Shown here in pieces: positions 27,671 to 39,873 of a stretch of DNA of 64,000 bases (position 1 is the stretch's first letter; the number at the start of each line of letters is the position of its first letter). Where the stretch lies: the NCBI GenBank assembly GCA_030390025.1, contig CM059433.1:29204001-29268000 (forward strand). The letters are read 5' to 3'. The DNA comes from Squalus acanthias (Eukaryota). The translations under genes were made by a program, and so were the position numbers. Under the pieces are notes generated by a model. The model searched no databases. It saw only the letters and a program-made list of their open reading frames with translations, and was not told the DNA's origin.

Positions 27671-30083
27671 GTCTGTGACCGCCTCATCAGACTGCGGTTC
27701 GAATAAATCAAACTGCAGATTTCCGTTGCTCACCACATCCACATCATTCCATCCCTGTTGCAGGCCATATCACAGCACACAGCTGAAATGAGAGAGACCA
27801 CAAAATAATCCAAACTGAATTAATAAATTTATCAATAATCAGTGAACACATATTTACACCAAAAATATTAACTATTCACACTTGTGCAATCCCTTGGTGT
27901 CTGTCGTTACTGTGCCTTTACCTACTCTGGTGCTCCTACGAAGTGTTAGCCCTGTGGCTGCAGCAGGGCGGGTGGAAGGCTGCTGAATGTCCATGCGGGA
28001 GACTTCAGATGGTCTTGCAGGATGCCCTCGACCAGCTCTGGGCCTGGAAGGCCCGGCTGTAGACTGCACCACCTCAGCATGGGTGGCGGCAGTCTGGGCT
28101 GGATGGGTGACAGGCAGCGACAAGGGCAATGGCGGAGTGGCAGTGGTGGGAACAGGAATGTCGTCATCCTGAGAGAGGACAGCAGGTTCCTGCTCCAATG
28201 ACCCACTGCCACTCCCCCGAGGCAGAACCTCAGCATCCTTAGCAATCTGTTAGAGCACAGATTGCTGGCCTGCTGCAACACCATGAAAGCCCCGGTCGAC
28301 GGTGGTAGACCCAGCCACGATGGCAGCAATCAGACTGCATGAGAGCAGTCTGAGATTGGATGCCACCAAGTATAGACTGCACTACAGCACTAAGACGTTG
28401 CATCGCTTCCGCCTGTGCTGCCAGATCGCCCATCACACGCGGCATCAGGTTTGGGTCGTCATCGTCTCTCTGGGAGTCTACCATCCTTTGCAGACTGGAA
28501 ATGATGGGGTCCATGGTGTGCGTAGAGCCTTGTGCAATGTTGGAGGCAGACTCCTCCACGCTCCTACCCATTGCCGAAAGGCTCTTGGGCACCCTTGCCA
28601 TTGCACCTATCACCTCCGTGTGCATGCCCATCACCCTTCTTCCAAAGGCCTCCCCATCGAGGTCCTCATCTGAGTCCTGTGCAGCAGAACTCATGCGCGA
28701 ACTCGCCCTCCGGGGAACTGGCCCCCGAGATACCCTTTCCCCCTGGCCTTGCTGCAGCCCAGTTGTCCCCAGTGCATCACCCTGTGCAGATCCCGCTACT
28801 ATACTAGCCTCTTAGGAATGTGTAGTGCCAGTATCTGAGCTGGTGCCTGCAGGTGAGACATGCAGTGACACGGTGTCTTCTTCCCACGGTGTCTTCTTCC
28901 TCCTCCTCTTCTCCTGCCTCGCTCTCAATGGTCCCCTCAGTGACAGGCTCCTCAGGTGCTTGCTGATTATCTGAAAGCATAAAGGCATAAGATTTGGGTT
29001 AAGGTGAGGGGAGGGGAGCAGGAAGGGAGAAATGCATGGAGACAGCATGATTAGCTGGAAAGCGCAAAATGCTTGTGGGGTGAGGGGGAAGTGGGATGTG
29101 AGAAGAAGGAGTAGGGATGAACATACTGTTGTTGTCCCCAAGGGGTTCAACTTCACCAGTGGCCACGGCACCCACCACCTGGTACCCAATAATGTGCAGC
29201 ACTCGAGTCTCCAGCTCAGACAGTGGTTGGATATCGGCTTGTCCCCCGCCTGTGTGCTCCTGCTCCCTCCTGCTGTGCGCCACCTTGGCCTGCAAGAGAA
29301 AGGAAAGTGTGTGAGTGAGTGTGGAGCAATGTTTTTGGGTGATGTGCCTGCCATTGTTGAATAGCTGTCTATGTGCAAGGTGTCAGATGTGGGTGTGAGT
29401 GTTGCTAGATAGAGACTGTTGGTGGGTGAGTGCTGGTGGTGTGGTGCTTTGGGTACTGTGTGAACATTGTTGTACAGATGGTGTTATGTAGCATTTGTTG
29501 AAGCATTGACTCACCCTGACCACCCGAGTGAGGTCGTAAAATTTCTTCCTGCACTGTGTGTGGGTCCTGGGGACCACAGTGCTGCCCGAGACGTGCTGGG
29601 CTACCTCCCTCCATGTGGTGTGGAAGACTTGCGGCTAGGGCCTCCTGCCACTTGCTGGGTACAGCACAGCCCTCCGTCTCTCCACTGTGAAGACCAATGC
29701 CTCCAATGCCCCATCGCTGAATCTGCTGGCTCTCTCCCTGGGGCGTGGATGTGCCAGTGAGTCGTCTGGCTCCTTCTACTTGGCCTGCTTGTGCTTCCTG
29801 AGGCAGCTGCACAGCCAGCAATAATGAGAATGGGATTCTGCAGCATCAATGAACCTCCCCTTTAAGAACTGGAACTTGTGATTAGACTGCACCTGATATT
29901 GGTCAGCACTTCGAGTTTAACGCCACTGAGCTAGGCCATTAATGCTTGATTTAGTGCTCCAATCCTTTCTTTGTGCAATGAGACTGAATTTTGCGTGCAG
30001 TCTGAATCATGAGTGCCTGGCGCTCATTCTCAAACTATTCTAAAGTTAGTGCCCATTCTTGGGCTATAATGAATTTCTCCCCC
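27671..30083 (-). mobile_element. Deleted Harbinger transposon (Myb-side end retained)
   Basis: One TIR (GGGGGAGAAATTC on the minus strand, flanked by AAA), a Myb/SANT pseudogene and only the last ~11 codons of the transposase. Confidence 0.85.
27872..29750 (-). pseudogene. Harbinger Myb/SANT-like gene, 3 exons (about 29750-29515, 29289-29127, 28970-27872), disrupted
   Basis: RERASRFSDGALEALV..WREVAQ..PRTHTQCRKKFYDLTRVVR with an in-frame TAG in exon 1 and frameshifts in exon 3. Homologous to 39874-41750. Confidence 0.85.
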
Positions 30084-30399
30084 AAAAGAGTCTGTTCCCT
30101 TGCTAATTGGCTGTGGGAAGGCAGTGGCGCCTGGAAGACGGACCAATGGTGGGTGTCTGGGGGCGGCAGGTCATGTGGTGAAATCTTGAGGAATACACCT
30201 AACCAGAGTTGGCAACCCTAGTCCGATCTTGTTGCTGCGCTGTCATGTCAATCTGGATAAATTTGCCAGCTCTCCTGAAAACTGCATCAGTCACCTGATG
30301 AATAAATGTCTGGTTGATTTTATCAGATCTCAAGTGCCTGCTCAAAATGAGCTGATGTAAAAATTGAGTATGGTTGTCACCTTCACAGCCATAGGCATA

Positions 30400-30593
30400 T
30401 GACCTTTCCCTTTTGTTCTATCCCTGCGCCCCCTTTTTACTGGCTCTTCACTTGCTTAAAAGCCGTTCATCTCTTAACATCTTCCAATTCTGATGAAAGT
30501 TAATTGACCTGAAACATTGCCTCTGTTTCTCTCCAGCTACAAAAGCTGCCTGACCTGCTGAATGTGTCCAACATGTTCTGTTTTTATTTCAGA
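30400..30593 (+). mobile_element. Old solo Penelope-like 3' terminal fragment with a degenerate hammerhead
   Basis: TTCTGATGAAAG..GACCTGAAAC..CTCTGTTTCTCTCC..GCTGCCTGACCTGCTGA, homologous to the reverse complement of 24955-25065. Confidence 0.65.
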
Positions 30594-31819
30594 TGGCCTT
30601 AGTCTTTGTACACTAGGGCGCACAGCTCTCCTATTGCTTCTTTGGTGTAGCGCACTCTTCTCATGCATTAAGATCTACCTAGGATCTCTGTGGCCTGTAA
30701 ATTCTTTGTGGGGGAATCATATCTTGAAGGGCGCATCTTCCTCATATGTTATCTCACTCTCCTTTCCTTCATCCTCTCCTGCTTCTCCTTGGAGGAGAAC
30801 AGAGGGGTGAAACTAGAGAGAAAAAAAACCTAACTATTTACATTTTGACCGCCATGTTCTTTCTCATTTGTAATATCCCTTGAGTACCCCACAAGGTTTG
30901 TTTCATAACTTTGTACTTTGTAATTGGCCAGATCAGCCATGATCTAATTGAATGGCGGAACAAACTCAAGGGGCTGAATGACTTACTCCTGTTCCTATAT
31001 ATATACTTGCAGTTGGCAAGATTTGAGCGTAGAGTGGCACTTCTTTGGACTTTTAAAAAATATTGTTACGTATTGTCTTAAGCTCAGGTGAAATAATTGT
31101 GTTATAAGTGGCGAGTAGCTACAGAAGATAGTCGGCATGCAGCTTGTTATGTTAATTAGTTCATTGGTTTTGTGGCTCAGAGTAAATTATGAATAATTAA
31201 GGTTTCCAGAATAAATCAACCAGAAATATATTAATTAAGGAGATGCAGTACATATATTTTCATTAGTCTGGAACATTGGGCGGAATTTTTTAATGCGTTG
31301 GCATCTATACCAGCGCACTACACATTTTAGTGTCTCAAAGCACTGATCAACTTAGTTCTATTTGTTGACTTGAACTGCTATTTTTCACTGCCAAGTAACT
31401 ATTAATGAGCTAATCTGAATGTGTTTCCTGCGTGCTTTGTGTTACATGTTGAAGGTTTAGTCAGAGTATCATAATGGAAGTGACCTCATACAAGATGACA
31501 CATAAAAGAAATTAATTTTCACCAATTGATTGGAAACTTCTCGTTGGTTTTATTTAAAAAATAAAACAGCAGCAGAATAAAATTTTGGCCAATATATCAA
31601 ACCAATGGATGCCTGAGATAGCATGAACTATTTGTAAGTTATGATTTCTTTTGCTTGTGAAGAAAATGAATAAAACATTTTATGGTAATGTGTTCCTCCA
31701 TTCAACAATCACCTTTTTTCTTGGTGAGAAGTGTACCACCCAGTGCCCTAACTTACCCCTTCTGACAAGGTCACTGACCTTCTCCTGGCACTGTATCCAT
31801 GTGCATTGGATGGTACAGC

Positions 31820-32193
31820 TAGGGTTGACAACTCTGGTTGGGTGTATTTCTGAAGGTTTCATCATGTGACCTCCCGTCGCAAACCGTCCTGCCCCCACAC
31901 TCCCACCATTGGTCCATCCACCGGGTGCACCACCTTCCCACGACCAATTAGAAGGCGAATAAACTCTTTGTTACCCAATTGGATTAATCTTGAGATTCAG
32001 TCAAACGGCCTTTGTTCCCCATCTCCAATATATTTACAACCAGTAAATGAAAATGTTCAAAGCAAATGAAAAAAACCTACAAATTTTTTTTACTGCCCCT
32101 ATGATTTTTCTCCCGCGTTTGCTCGCAGCAGTTTCCTGGAGATTAATCTTCAATTCCTGGAGACTCCAGGCCAATCCTGACGGGTTGGCACCC
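31820..32193. mobile_element. Short non-autonomous DNA transposon, same family as 23149-23411
   Basis: AGGGTTGACAAC...GTTGGCACCCC ends and shared internal sequence in the opposite orientation. Confidence 0.55.
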
Positions 32194-32544
32194 CAAGGTA
32201 CAGCCAGTGTTCAGATCCTCTACTGGCATGTATTGGGTCCAGTAACAAGAAGTTACATGGTTCGTTCTTGAGACCTCCTCGAGCCAAGCAGCTGTGTGCC
32301 ACTCCAGCCTCTGCTGGTACAAAGGGGTGGGCACCTCTGGTGCACGTTTCCAGGCACAAGCATCCAACTCAACTATTTAACCGACCCCTTCCCAGCAATT
32401 TAGGACAGGCCTATGGCTTGAGTTCCACTCCACTGTGGTTCCGCTGGTCTTTACGAACCTGACATAGCCAGCAGACATGGATCCTGGAAAGTGCTGTCCC
32501 AGATTGGATATCCAGAAAAGTGTGTTACGAGACCATTAAGCCTC

Positions 32545-33530
32545 CCTTGCCAGTTTCGCCATTCAATTAGATCATGGCTGATCTGCACCTCAACTCCATT
32601 TACCTGCCTTTGATCCATATCTCTTGTTACGCTTATCTAATAAAAATCTATTGATCTCAGTCCTGAACATTTCCATTGCGCCCCAAGCATCCGCAGCCTG
32701 TTGGGGGGAGAGTTCCAGATTTCCACTACCCTTTGTGTGAAAAATTGTTTCCTGATTTCACTCCTAAATGATCGAGCTCTAATTTTAAGATTGTACCCCC
32801 TTGTTCTGGACTCCCCCATTAGAGGAAATAGTTTCTCTGTATCTACCCTATTCAATCCTTTTAGCACTTTAAACACCTCGCTCAGATCACCCCTTAATCT
32901 TCTAAACTCAAGCCAGGTTTATGCAACCTGTCCTCATAATTTAACCCTATAAGCCCTGGTATCATTCTAGTGAATCTGCGCTGATCCCCCTCCAAGACCA
33001 ATATATGCTACCTGAGAAGTGGTGCCCAGAAGTGAACGTAGTACTCCATATGTGGTCTAACTAGAGCTTTATACAACTGAAGCATAACTTCCTCCCCATT
33101 CCATTAGCCTTTTTGATTATTTTTTGCACCTGTGCACTAGCTTTTAGTGATTTGTGTACATGGACACCTAAATCCCTTTGCTCCTCCACAGTTCCTAGTC
33201 CCTCGCCATTAAGAAAACATTCCGATTTGTCTTTTTCATATCCAAAGTGGATGAACTCACACTTCCCCACATTGAATCCCATCTGCCACAGTTTTTCCCG
33301 ATCATTTAATCTGTCTATGTCTGTTTGCAACTTTCTGCTCCCATCCACACAACTTACTGTGCATCCTAACTTAGTGTCATCTGCAAACTTGGATATAAAA
33401 CTCTCTATTCTTTCATGCAAATCATAGATATATATGGTGAAGTTGAGGCCTCAGTACAGATCCCAGGGAACACCACTGTCACATCCTGCCAATCAGAGAA
33501 TGGTCCCTTTGTCCATACTCTGTCTCCAGT
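32545..33530 (-). mobile_element. Degraded CR1 LINE 3' part
   Basis: [27 protein letters not shown] and RTRGYNLKIR motifs. Confidence 0.9.
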
Positions 33531-33561
33531 GCGGAAACACCGTGAATGATCTAAAACAGTT

Positions 33562-33810
33562 GGAAATGGTTCAGAGAGGGCACCCAGGTTCTCACATGCC
33601 ACTTTGCAGGACCTGGTCCAGGCTGTTGACATGAGGTACGTGAACCTCCCCCACTTTCCCACCCACAACAGGGGCCAGGAAGCCCTCCAGGCAACACCTC
33701 CACAGCCAGTGGGAAGAAATTGCTGAGGAGGTCAATGCCAGGAGTTAGATCTCAGGACATGGCTGCAATTCAGGAAAATGTTTAATGACCTCACCAGAGT
33801 TGTCAAGCTA
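33562..33810 (+). pseudogene. Old Harbinger Myb/SANT exon-1 remnant
   Basis: With frameshifts it translates as ERAPRFSHATLQDLVQAV...QWEEIAEEVNARS*..RTWLQFRKMFNDLTRVVK. Confidence 0.7.
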
Positions 33811-33879
33811 AGAATCCTACCTCTTACCTCAACTGCTCTCTGCTCGCACCTCAACCACCTGCAGCCCCACAACTGATAG

Positions 33880-34270
33880 CACTAGAAAAGAGAAGCTCAG
33901 GGGTGACCTGATAGAGGTCTTTAAGATTATGAAAGGTTTCGATAGGGTAGATGTAGAGAAAATGTTTTCACTTGTGGTGGAGTCCAAAACTAGGGATCAT
34001 AAATATGAGATAGTCACTAATAAATCCAATGAATAATTCAGGAGAAACTTCTTTACCCAGATAGTGGTTAGAATGTGGAGTAGTTGAGGTGAATAGCATA
34101 GATGCATTTAATGAGATGTTAGATAAACACATGAGGGAGAAAGAGATAGAAGGATATGCTGATATGGGTGAGATGAAGTAGGGCGGGAGGAGGCTCGTGT
34201 GGAGCATAAACACTGGCATGGACTAGTTGGGCCGAATGGTCTGTTCTGTGCTGTAGAGTCGGTGTAAATC
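33880..34270 (+). mobile_element. CR1 LINE 3' end
   Basis: LEKRKLRGDLIEVFKIMKGFDRVD.. plus a 3'UTR ending TTGGGCCGAATGGTCTGTTCTGTGCTG. Confidence 0.85.
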
Positions 34271-34807
34271 CCCTCCCCCACTTCCCTTAATTCCTCCTAC
34301 AATCACTGCACCACACTTCACCCCACCTCCTTTTCCTCATCTACTCTCAACACTAATGCAGTTCTCCATGCCACACAGCTCAAAATGCAGCTCTATCAAC
34401 AGCTGCAAGAAAAGTGGGTGATGGAGAAACAGTGCCAACAGCAACAACCAAGTGACTGAAACAGGGCATTGGCAGGCACACACTGCAGAAAGCTCTGGGA
34501 TTCATGGATTACACTACATAGTCATGTCGGGGGTTCATAGTGAAAGCAATAGAATTATATCAACCATATTATCATGAATACATTTATAACAGTTACAAAG
34601 TAAAGGCGCATGTATACGGCAGCTATTGGGTTCAGCCAAGCTCCAATTGGAATTGTCCAGTTCATGAGAGAACTCTGCAAGTGCGTGGATGTTTACAAGG
34701 ATGCACAGAGCTCCCCTTCCAGCAATTCAATCTTATGTCCCGGAAATTCCATGGGGATTCTCCGGTTTTCTGTCGAGGTTATGGGAGGAGATTGGGTTGG
34801 GAGGAGT

Positions 34808-35267
34808 GAGCCTTGGCTCAGTGATAGCACTCTCGCCTCTGAGTTAGAAGGTTGTGGGATCACGCTACACACCAGAGACTTGAGCACCAAATCCAGACTG
34901 ACACTCCTGGTGCAGTACTGAGGGAGTGCTGCACTGTCGGAGGTGCCGTCTTTTAGATGAGACATTAAACAGAGGCCTGCCTGCCCTCTCAGGTGGACGC
35001 AAAAGATCCTGTGGCACTATTTCCAAGAAGAGCAGGGGAGTTCTCCCTGGTCTCCTGAAGAATATTTATCCCCCAACCAACATCACTAAAAACAGATGAT
35101 CTGGTCATTGCTGTTTGTGGGACCTTGCTATTTTCAAATTGGCTGCCACGTTTCTTACATTACAACAGTCACTATACTTCAAAAGTACTTCTTTGGTTGT
35201 GAAGCGCTTTGGGACATCCTGAGGTCATGAAAGGCGCAATATAAATGCAACTCCTTTCTTTCTTTCT
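34808..35267 (+). mobile_element. Near full-length Deu-domain SINE
   Basis: tRNA-like head TGGCTCAGTGATAGCAC, Deu core and (CTTT)n tail. Confidence 0.88.
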
Positions 35268-35992
35268 AACCCCTGCGAAAAAGGCTCACGTGTTTTGAAA
35301 ACACAGATGGAAGTATCCACCCTCAATAAACATTGAAATCAACTGCAAGCACAGGAGGTCCAATGTTTGAAGGCAGATTTTAACACCACCCTGGAGTTAT
35401 ACTCCGTATGGTGAGAAACCTAAGAGGAGTGAGACGGCCTTCCCTAGGGGGTGGTTTCACACTGTCCACTCCAGAGTTGGGTTGGGATGTGACTCCTGAG
35501 CAGTACTGTTGCTGTGGAGTGGAAACCACTTTGTAGCTGAAGTGACTATTAAACCAACGAGTTGGAGGCAGGGCGGGACTTGTGGTTACAGTTTGCAGTG
35601 TCTCTGAACCCATGAGCAAAACTACAGCAAAGTTTCCCGATAAAAGCAGGATTATTTCTCCAGCAAAATGCAGTGAGTGGAGGATAGCTACAAAATACAA
35701 ATTAAGTGCGTAAAATCAATCCCAGTCACTTACAGCAGTTCGATCTCCAGGTGTGATTGTCAGGGAATTACCCAATCATCTCCATTCTGGCCGGGGCTTG
35801 TGGTCCCACTATGTGCAGCCCTTTGAGTTAATACTGTCTCTGCAGTGTGAATGCGTTCTAAGTACAACCCTTTTCTGTTTAGAAAAATTATAATGTGCTC
35901 TGTACCCCAACCATTCCCCAACCATTAGCCCGTGGCGTAGAGGCAAACTGGTCTAAACTGAACTGTATTCTGAGCGACTGAAAGGTCGGTAC

Positions 35993-36292
35993 TACAACAA
36001 CATCTACTTGCATTTATATAGCGCCTTTACTATAGCAAAAATGTCCCAAGGTGCTTCACAGGAGTGTTATCAAACAATATTTGACACCAAGCCACATAAG
36101 GAAATAGTAGGACAGGTGACCAAAAGTTTGGCATGTTTTAAGGAGTGTCTTAATGGCAGAGAGAGATAGAGAGGCAGAGAGGTTTAGGGAAGGAATACCA
36201 GAGCTTAGGACCTAGACAGCTGAAGGCACGGCCTTCAATGGTGGAGTGAATGGTAGGGGATGTGCAAGAGGCCAGAATTGGAGGAACGCAGA
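35993..36292 (-). mobile_element. L2-like LINE 3' end
   Basis: GRAFSCLGPKLW..PKPL C-terminus and GGCGCTATATAAATGCAAG(TTG)n tail. Confidence 0.8.
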
Positions 36293-37611
36293 GTTTGCGG
36301 TTTAAGTAGTTAGCGGTTGCTATCAGCTCAACTGGGTTTGTGTCCACAGTTTAAATGTTACATTCCGACAGCCTTCTCTCCATTCAAGGAGGTCACATGA
36401 TCCTTCCCCTCAGAGATTGAATTGTCACAGGCCAAATAATTTGTTTCTGTTATATTGACCTCAGTTGTGAGGAGATCACATTCTGTGAAGAAAATCTCTT
36501 TCCCCTGGCTTAGATCTGCCGTTTCTGCCTTCGGTTTTCAATTAAAACAAAAACGATTACACCTATACGTTATTAAAAATCTTAACTCTGCGCCCACTGC
36601 TTATCTTACAATTTAATTAAAACTTCCAAAGGTGCAACCTGCAGAAAAATACAATATCCTGTGCATATTACTGCCTTTTAAAACCTCTTGTATCTCTCCC
36701 TTTTTGTTTCAGTGTAATTGAAAGGTCTTCAGTCTAACTTATAAAAGCAATAGAGAAAGGATGAAAAAAAAATGCTTCAACCAGCCTAGATACAAATATT
36801 TGAAATTTAACTTTTCAAAATCACATTTAAGGTCACAAGATAGGTACAGACGAGGCACAGACGAGGAAGGCTGTTCATCCTTCCAGAAAACTCTCGGGTT
36901 TGTACCAGAATCAGAACCTGCATGTTCACAGTTGACAGCCGTTGTCCTGGTATCACCAGCTTACTGCTTTGGCCAATCAACATTTGCAATGGCCACGTTA
37001 AATTGAAGATGTTTTACAAACAGCACCGAAGACATCTGCAGGAGGCACCTTTGGAAGTATTAATTAAATTGTAAGATGAGCTGTGGGTGCAGAGTTATGA
37101 CTTTTAATAACGTATTAGATCAGAGTAATGTGAATATGCTGAGAAACACTATCGTCAAGCGATCAGAGCCCCAGGGACCTTTTCCACCATTAGGTAAAGA
37201 ATAGAAATTAACGGGGAAAGATTGGGGTAAATTTCCGTCCTTACATCTTGGGCGGTAATCTGGCGGAGCGTGTGTTCTGCCAGATCGGAGTCAACGGAAT
37301 GAAGTTTGGGCAGGTTCTACATTGGCTAGTTGATCTGTTCGGCCAGATTGCGGTGATGTCGGAAATGTACCACTTTACGCAGTATCCTGCAGCATGGTTT
37401 AGTCAGCAAGCTATGGTAATGCCAGGGTGAAAGATACAGGGGGCTGTTTCATACTGTGTAATGAAATGCCCTCTACTCCAGTTGTATTTATTAAACAAAG
37501 GTATCAACCTATTACAATAAAAAAAGATTGAACCCAGCCTGGGATAGGAATGAATAAGGATAAACAAGAGCTTGGAGTGACAAATTGCACCCACCTGGTA
37601 TCTGAAAAAGT

Positions 37612-37908
37612 CTGGCTACTTGCGTATCCCTGATTTCCTTCACCCCTCCATTGGCGGCCGTGCCTTCAGCTGCCTCGGCCCTAAGCTCTGGAATTCCTTC
37701 CCTAAATCTCTCTGCCTCTCTACCTCAATATCCTCCTTTAAGACGCTCCTTAAAACTTACCTCTTTGTACATGCTTTTGGTCACCTGTCCTACTATCTCT
37801 GTATGTGGCTCGCTTTCAAATTGTGTTTGATAACGCTCCTGTGAAGCGCCTTGGGACACTTTTACTACCGTAAAGGCGCTATATAAATGCAAGTTATTGT
37901 TGTTGTTG
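37612..37908 (+). mobile_element. L2-like LINE 3' end
   Basis: IGGRAFSCLGPKLWNSFPK..FKTLLKTYLF and (GTT)n tail. Confidence 0.85.
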
Positions 37909-38439
37909 AAAAATCAAGAGAGGCCTGTGTAGAGGTAGCTTTAGTAAATACTGGATCCATGTACACATCAGTATGGCGTTACTGACTAAGTAATTACTTG
38001 CAGACAAATAAATCCAGAAATGAGTCTTTGTGCAGCAGTTGAGGGTTAACTTCCGATTGCGCATTATAAAGCACATTCACCTGCTCGTTCAGTGAGAGAT
38101 GTCCTGCACTATAGCGATCACACAGTGGGGCAGCCAATGAAGCACTGCCTGCAATAATGATGTCCAGCAAGTGTTTAAAGTGCTAAGCAGCCACTTTTAA
38201 ACAACACAAGTCATGACAATACTGCTCACTAGGGGGAATGGAACACAAAATGTATTGGACTGTCCTGCAGTGGTGACCAGATGCTCGAGGCGCTTTTGAT
38301 TTCTTGTGCAGCAGCTGTCTGACACCAATTGTAATGTTTATGAGTCTCTAAACCAAGCTACTGAGATATCGGCACTGGTGGAGTTTGTGTTTGCCTGATG
38401 TGGCGTGCATGCTGTCTTCTGTGGCTCTCTCGCCTCCGA

Positions 38440-39137
38440 GTCAGAAAGTACAGGAAACACAGAAAGTTAGCATGCAGGTACAACAAGCAATTAGGAAGGC
38501 AAGTGGCATGTTGGCCTTTATTGCAAGGGGGTTGGAGTACAAGAGCAAGGAAGTCTCACTACAATTGTACAGGGCTTTGGAGAGACCGCACCTGTGCACA
38601 GTTTTGGTTTCCTTATCTGAGGAAGGATATTCTTGCCTTGGAGGTGGTGCAACGAAGGTTTACTAGATTGATCCCTGGGATGAGAGGGTTGTCCTATGAG
38701 GAGAGATTAAGTAGATTGGACCTATACTCTCTGGAGTTTAGAAAAATGAGAGCTGATCTCATTGAAACATACAAGATTCTGAGGGGGATTGACAGGGTAG
38801 ATGCTGAGAGGTTGTTTCCCCTGGCTGGAGAGTCTAGGACTGGGGGCATAGTCTCAGGATAAGGGGTCAGCCATTTAAGACTGAGATGAGGAGGAATTTC
38901 TTCACTCAGGGTTGTGAATCTTTGGAATTCTCTGCCCCAGAGGGCTGTGGGTGCTGAATCGTTGGGTATATTCAAGGCTGAGATAGATAGATTTTTGGAC
39001 TCTAGAGGAATCAAGGGATATGGAGATAGGGCGGGAAAGTGGAGTTGAGGTCAAAGATCAGCCATGATCTTATTGAATGGCGGAGCAGGTTTGAGGGGCC
39101 GTATGGCCTACTTCTGCTCCCAATTCTTATGTTCTTA
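38440..39137 (+). mobile_element. CR1 LINE 3' end
   Basis: GMLAFIARGLEYKSKE..RLIPGMRGLSYEERL and TTCTTATG tail. Confidence 0.9.
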
Positions 39138-39139
39138 AA

Positions 39140-39510
39140 GTTGTGGTTTCAACTCCAGAGATTTAAGCACATAATCTAAATTTACCCTCCAGTACACTAC
39201 TCTTCCAGTCAGAGGTGCCTTCTTTCAGATGAGATGTTAAACTGCTCTCTCAGGTGGACATAAAAGATCCCACAACACTATTCCGAAGAAGAGCATGGGA
39301 GTTCTCCCCCGGTGTCCTGGCCAACAGTTATCCCTCAACGAACATCATTAAATCAGATCTGGTGATTATCACATTGCTGTTTGTTGGGATCTTGCTGTGT
39401 GCAAAGTGGCTGCCACGTTTCCGACATTACCACAGTCACTACACTTCAAAAGTACTTCATTGGCTGTAAAGCACTTTGGGACGTCCTGAGGGCGTGAAAG
39501 GAGCCAAGAC
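39140..39510 (+). mobile_element. Deu-domain SINE whose tail hosts the Harbinger insertion
   Basis: Deu core, then ...GTGAAAGGAGC-CAAGACTTT, resuming as TTTGTTTCT after 43715. Confidence 0.8.
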
Positions 39511-39873
39511 TTTGGGGTAGAAATTAGGTCGCGCCCCATTTGGGGCGCAAATATCGTCTGGACGCAAATATTAGCGCCTGGCGCTAATTATCGGCACTGA
39601 CTGGAAACTTCACTTTTACCGCCCCGGGAGGTGAGTGGAGCGCTAAAGCAGGCGCTGCACACCTGTCTTAAGGCGCAAAGGCCAAGGAGTGAGGCGCTAA
39701 CTCAGCGCGCGAGCGCAGCGCAGCTGCTGCCAGTTAGCGAGGGAACACAGACACACTGGCGCCGGCCACTTCTTAAAGCGGGGGGGGGCCAACTTGCTCC
39801 CCAGCCACACCCTGCTCATTGCAGCCTTGAATCTCGGCCTGGAGAGACCTGTGAATCCATTTTGCTGCCAAGC

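Noticed and set aside
35380..35700. Possible host exon on the minus strand (acceptor-like TTTTGTAG near 35688)
   Set aside because: No recognisable domain and no partner exons; RNA-seq or conservation data would be needed.
36693..37006. Acceptor-like site and 81-aa ORF
   Set aside because: No recognisable protein and no consistent splice frame.
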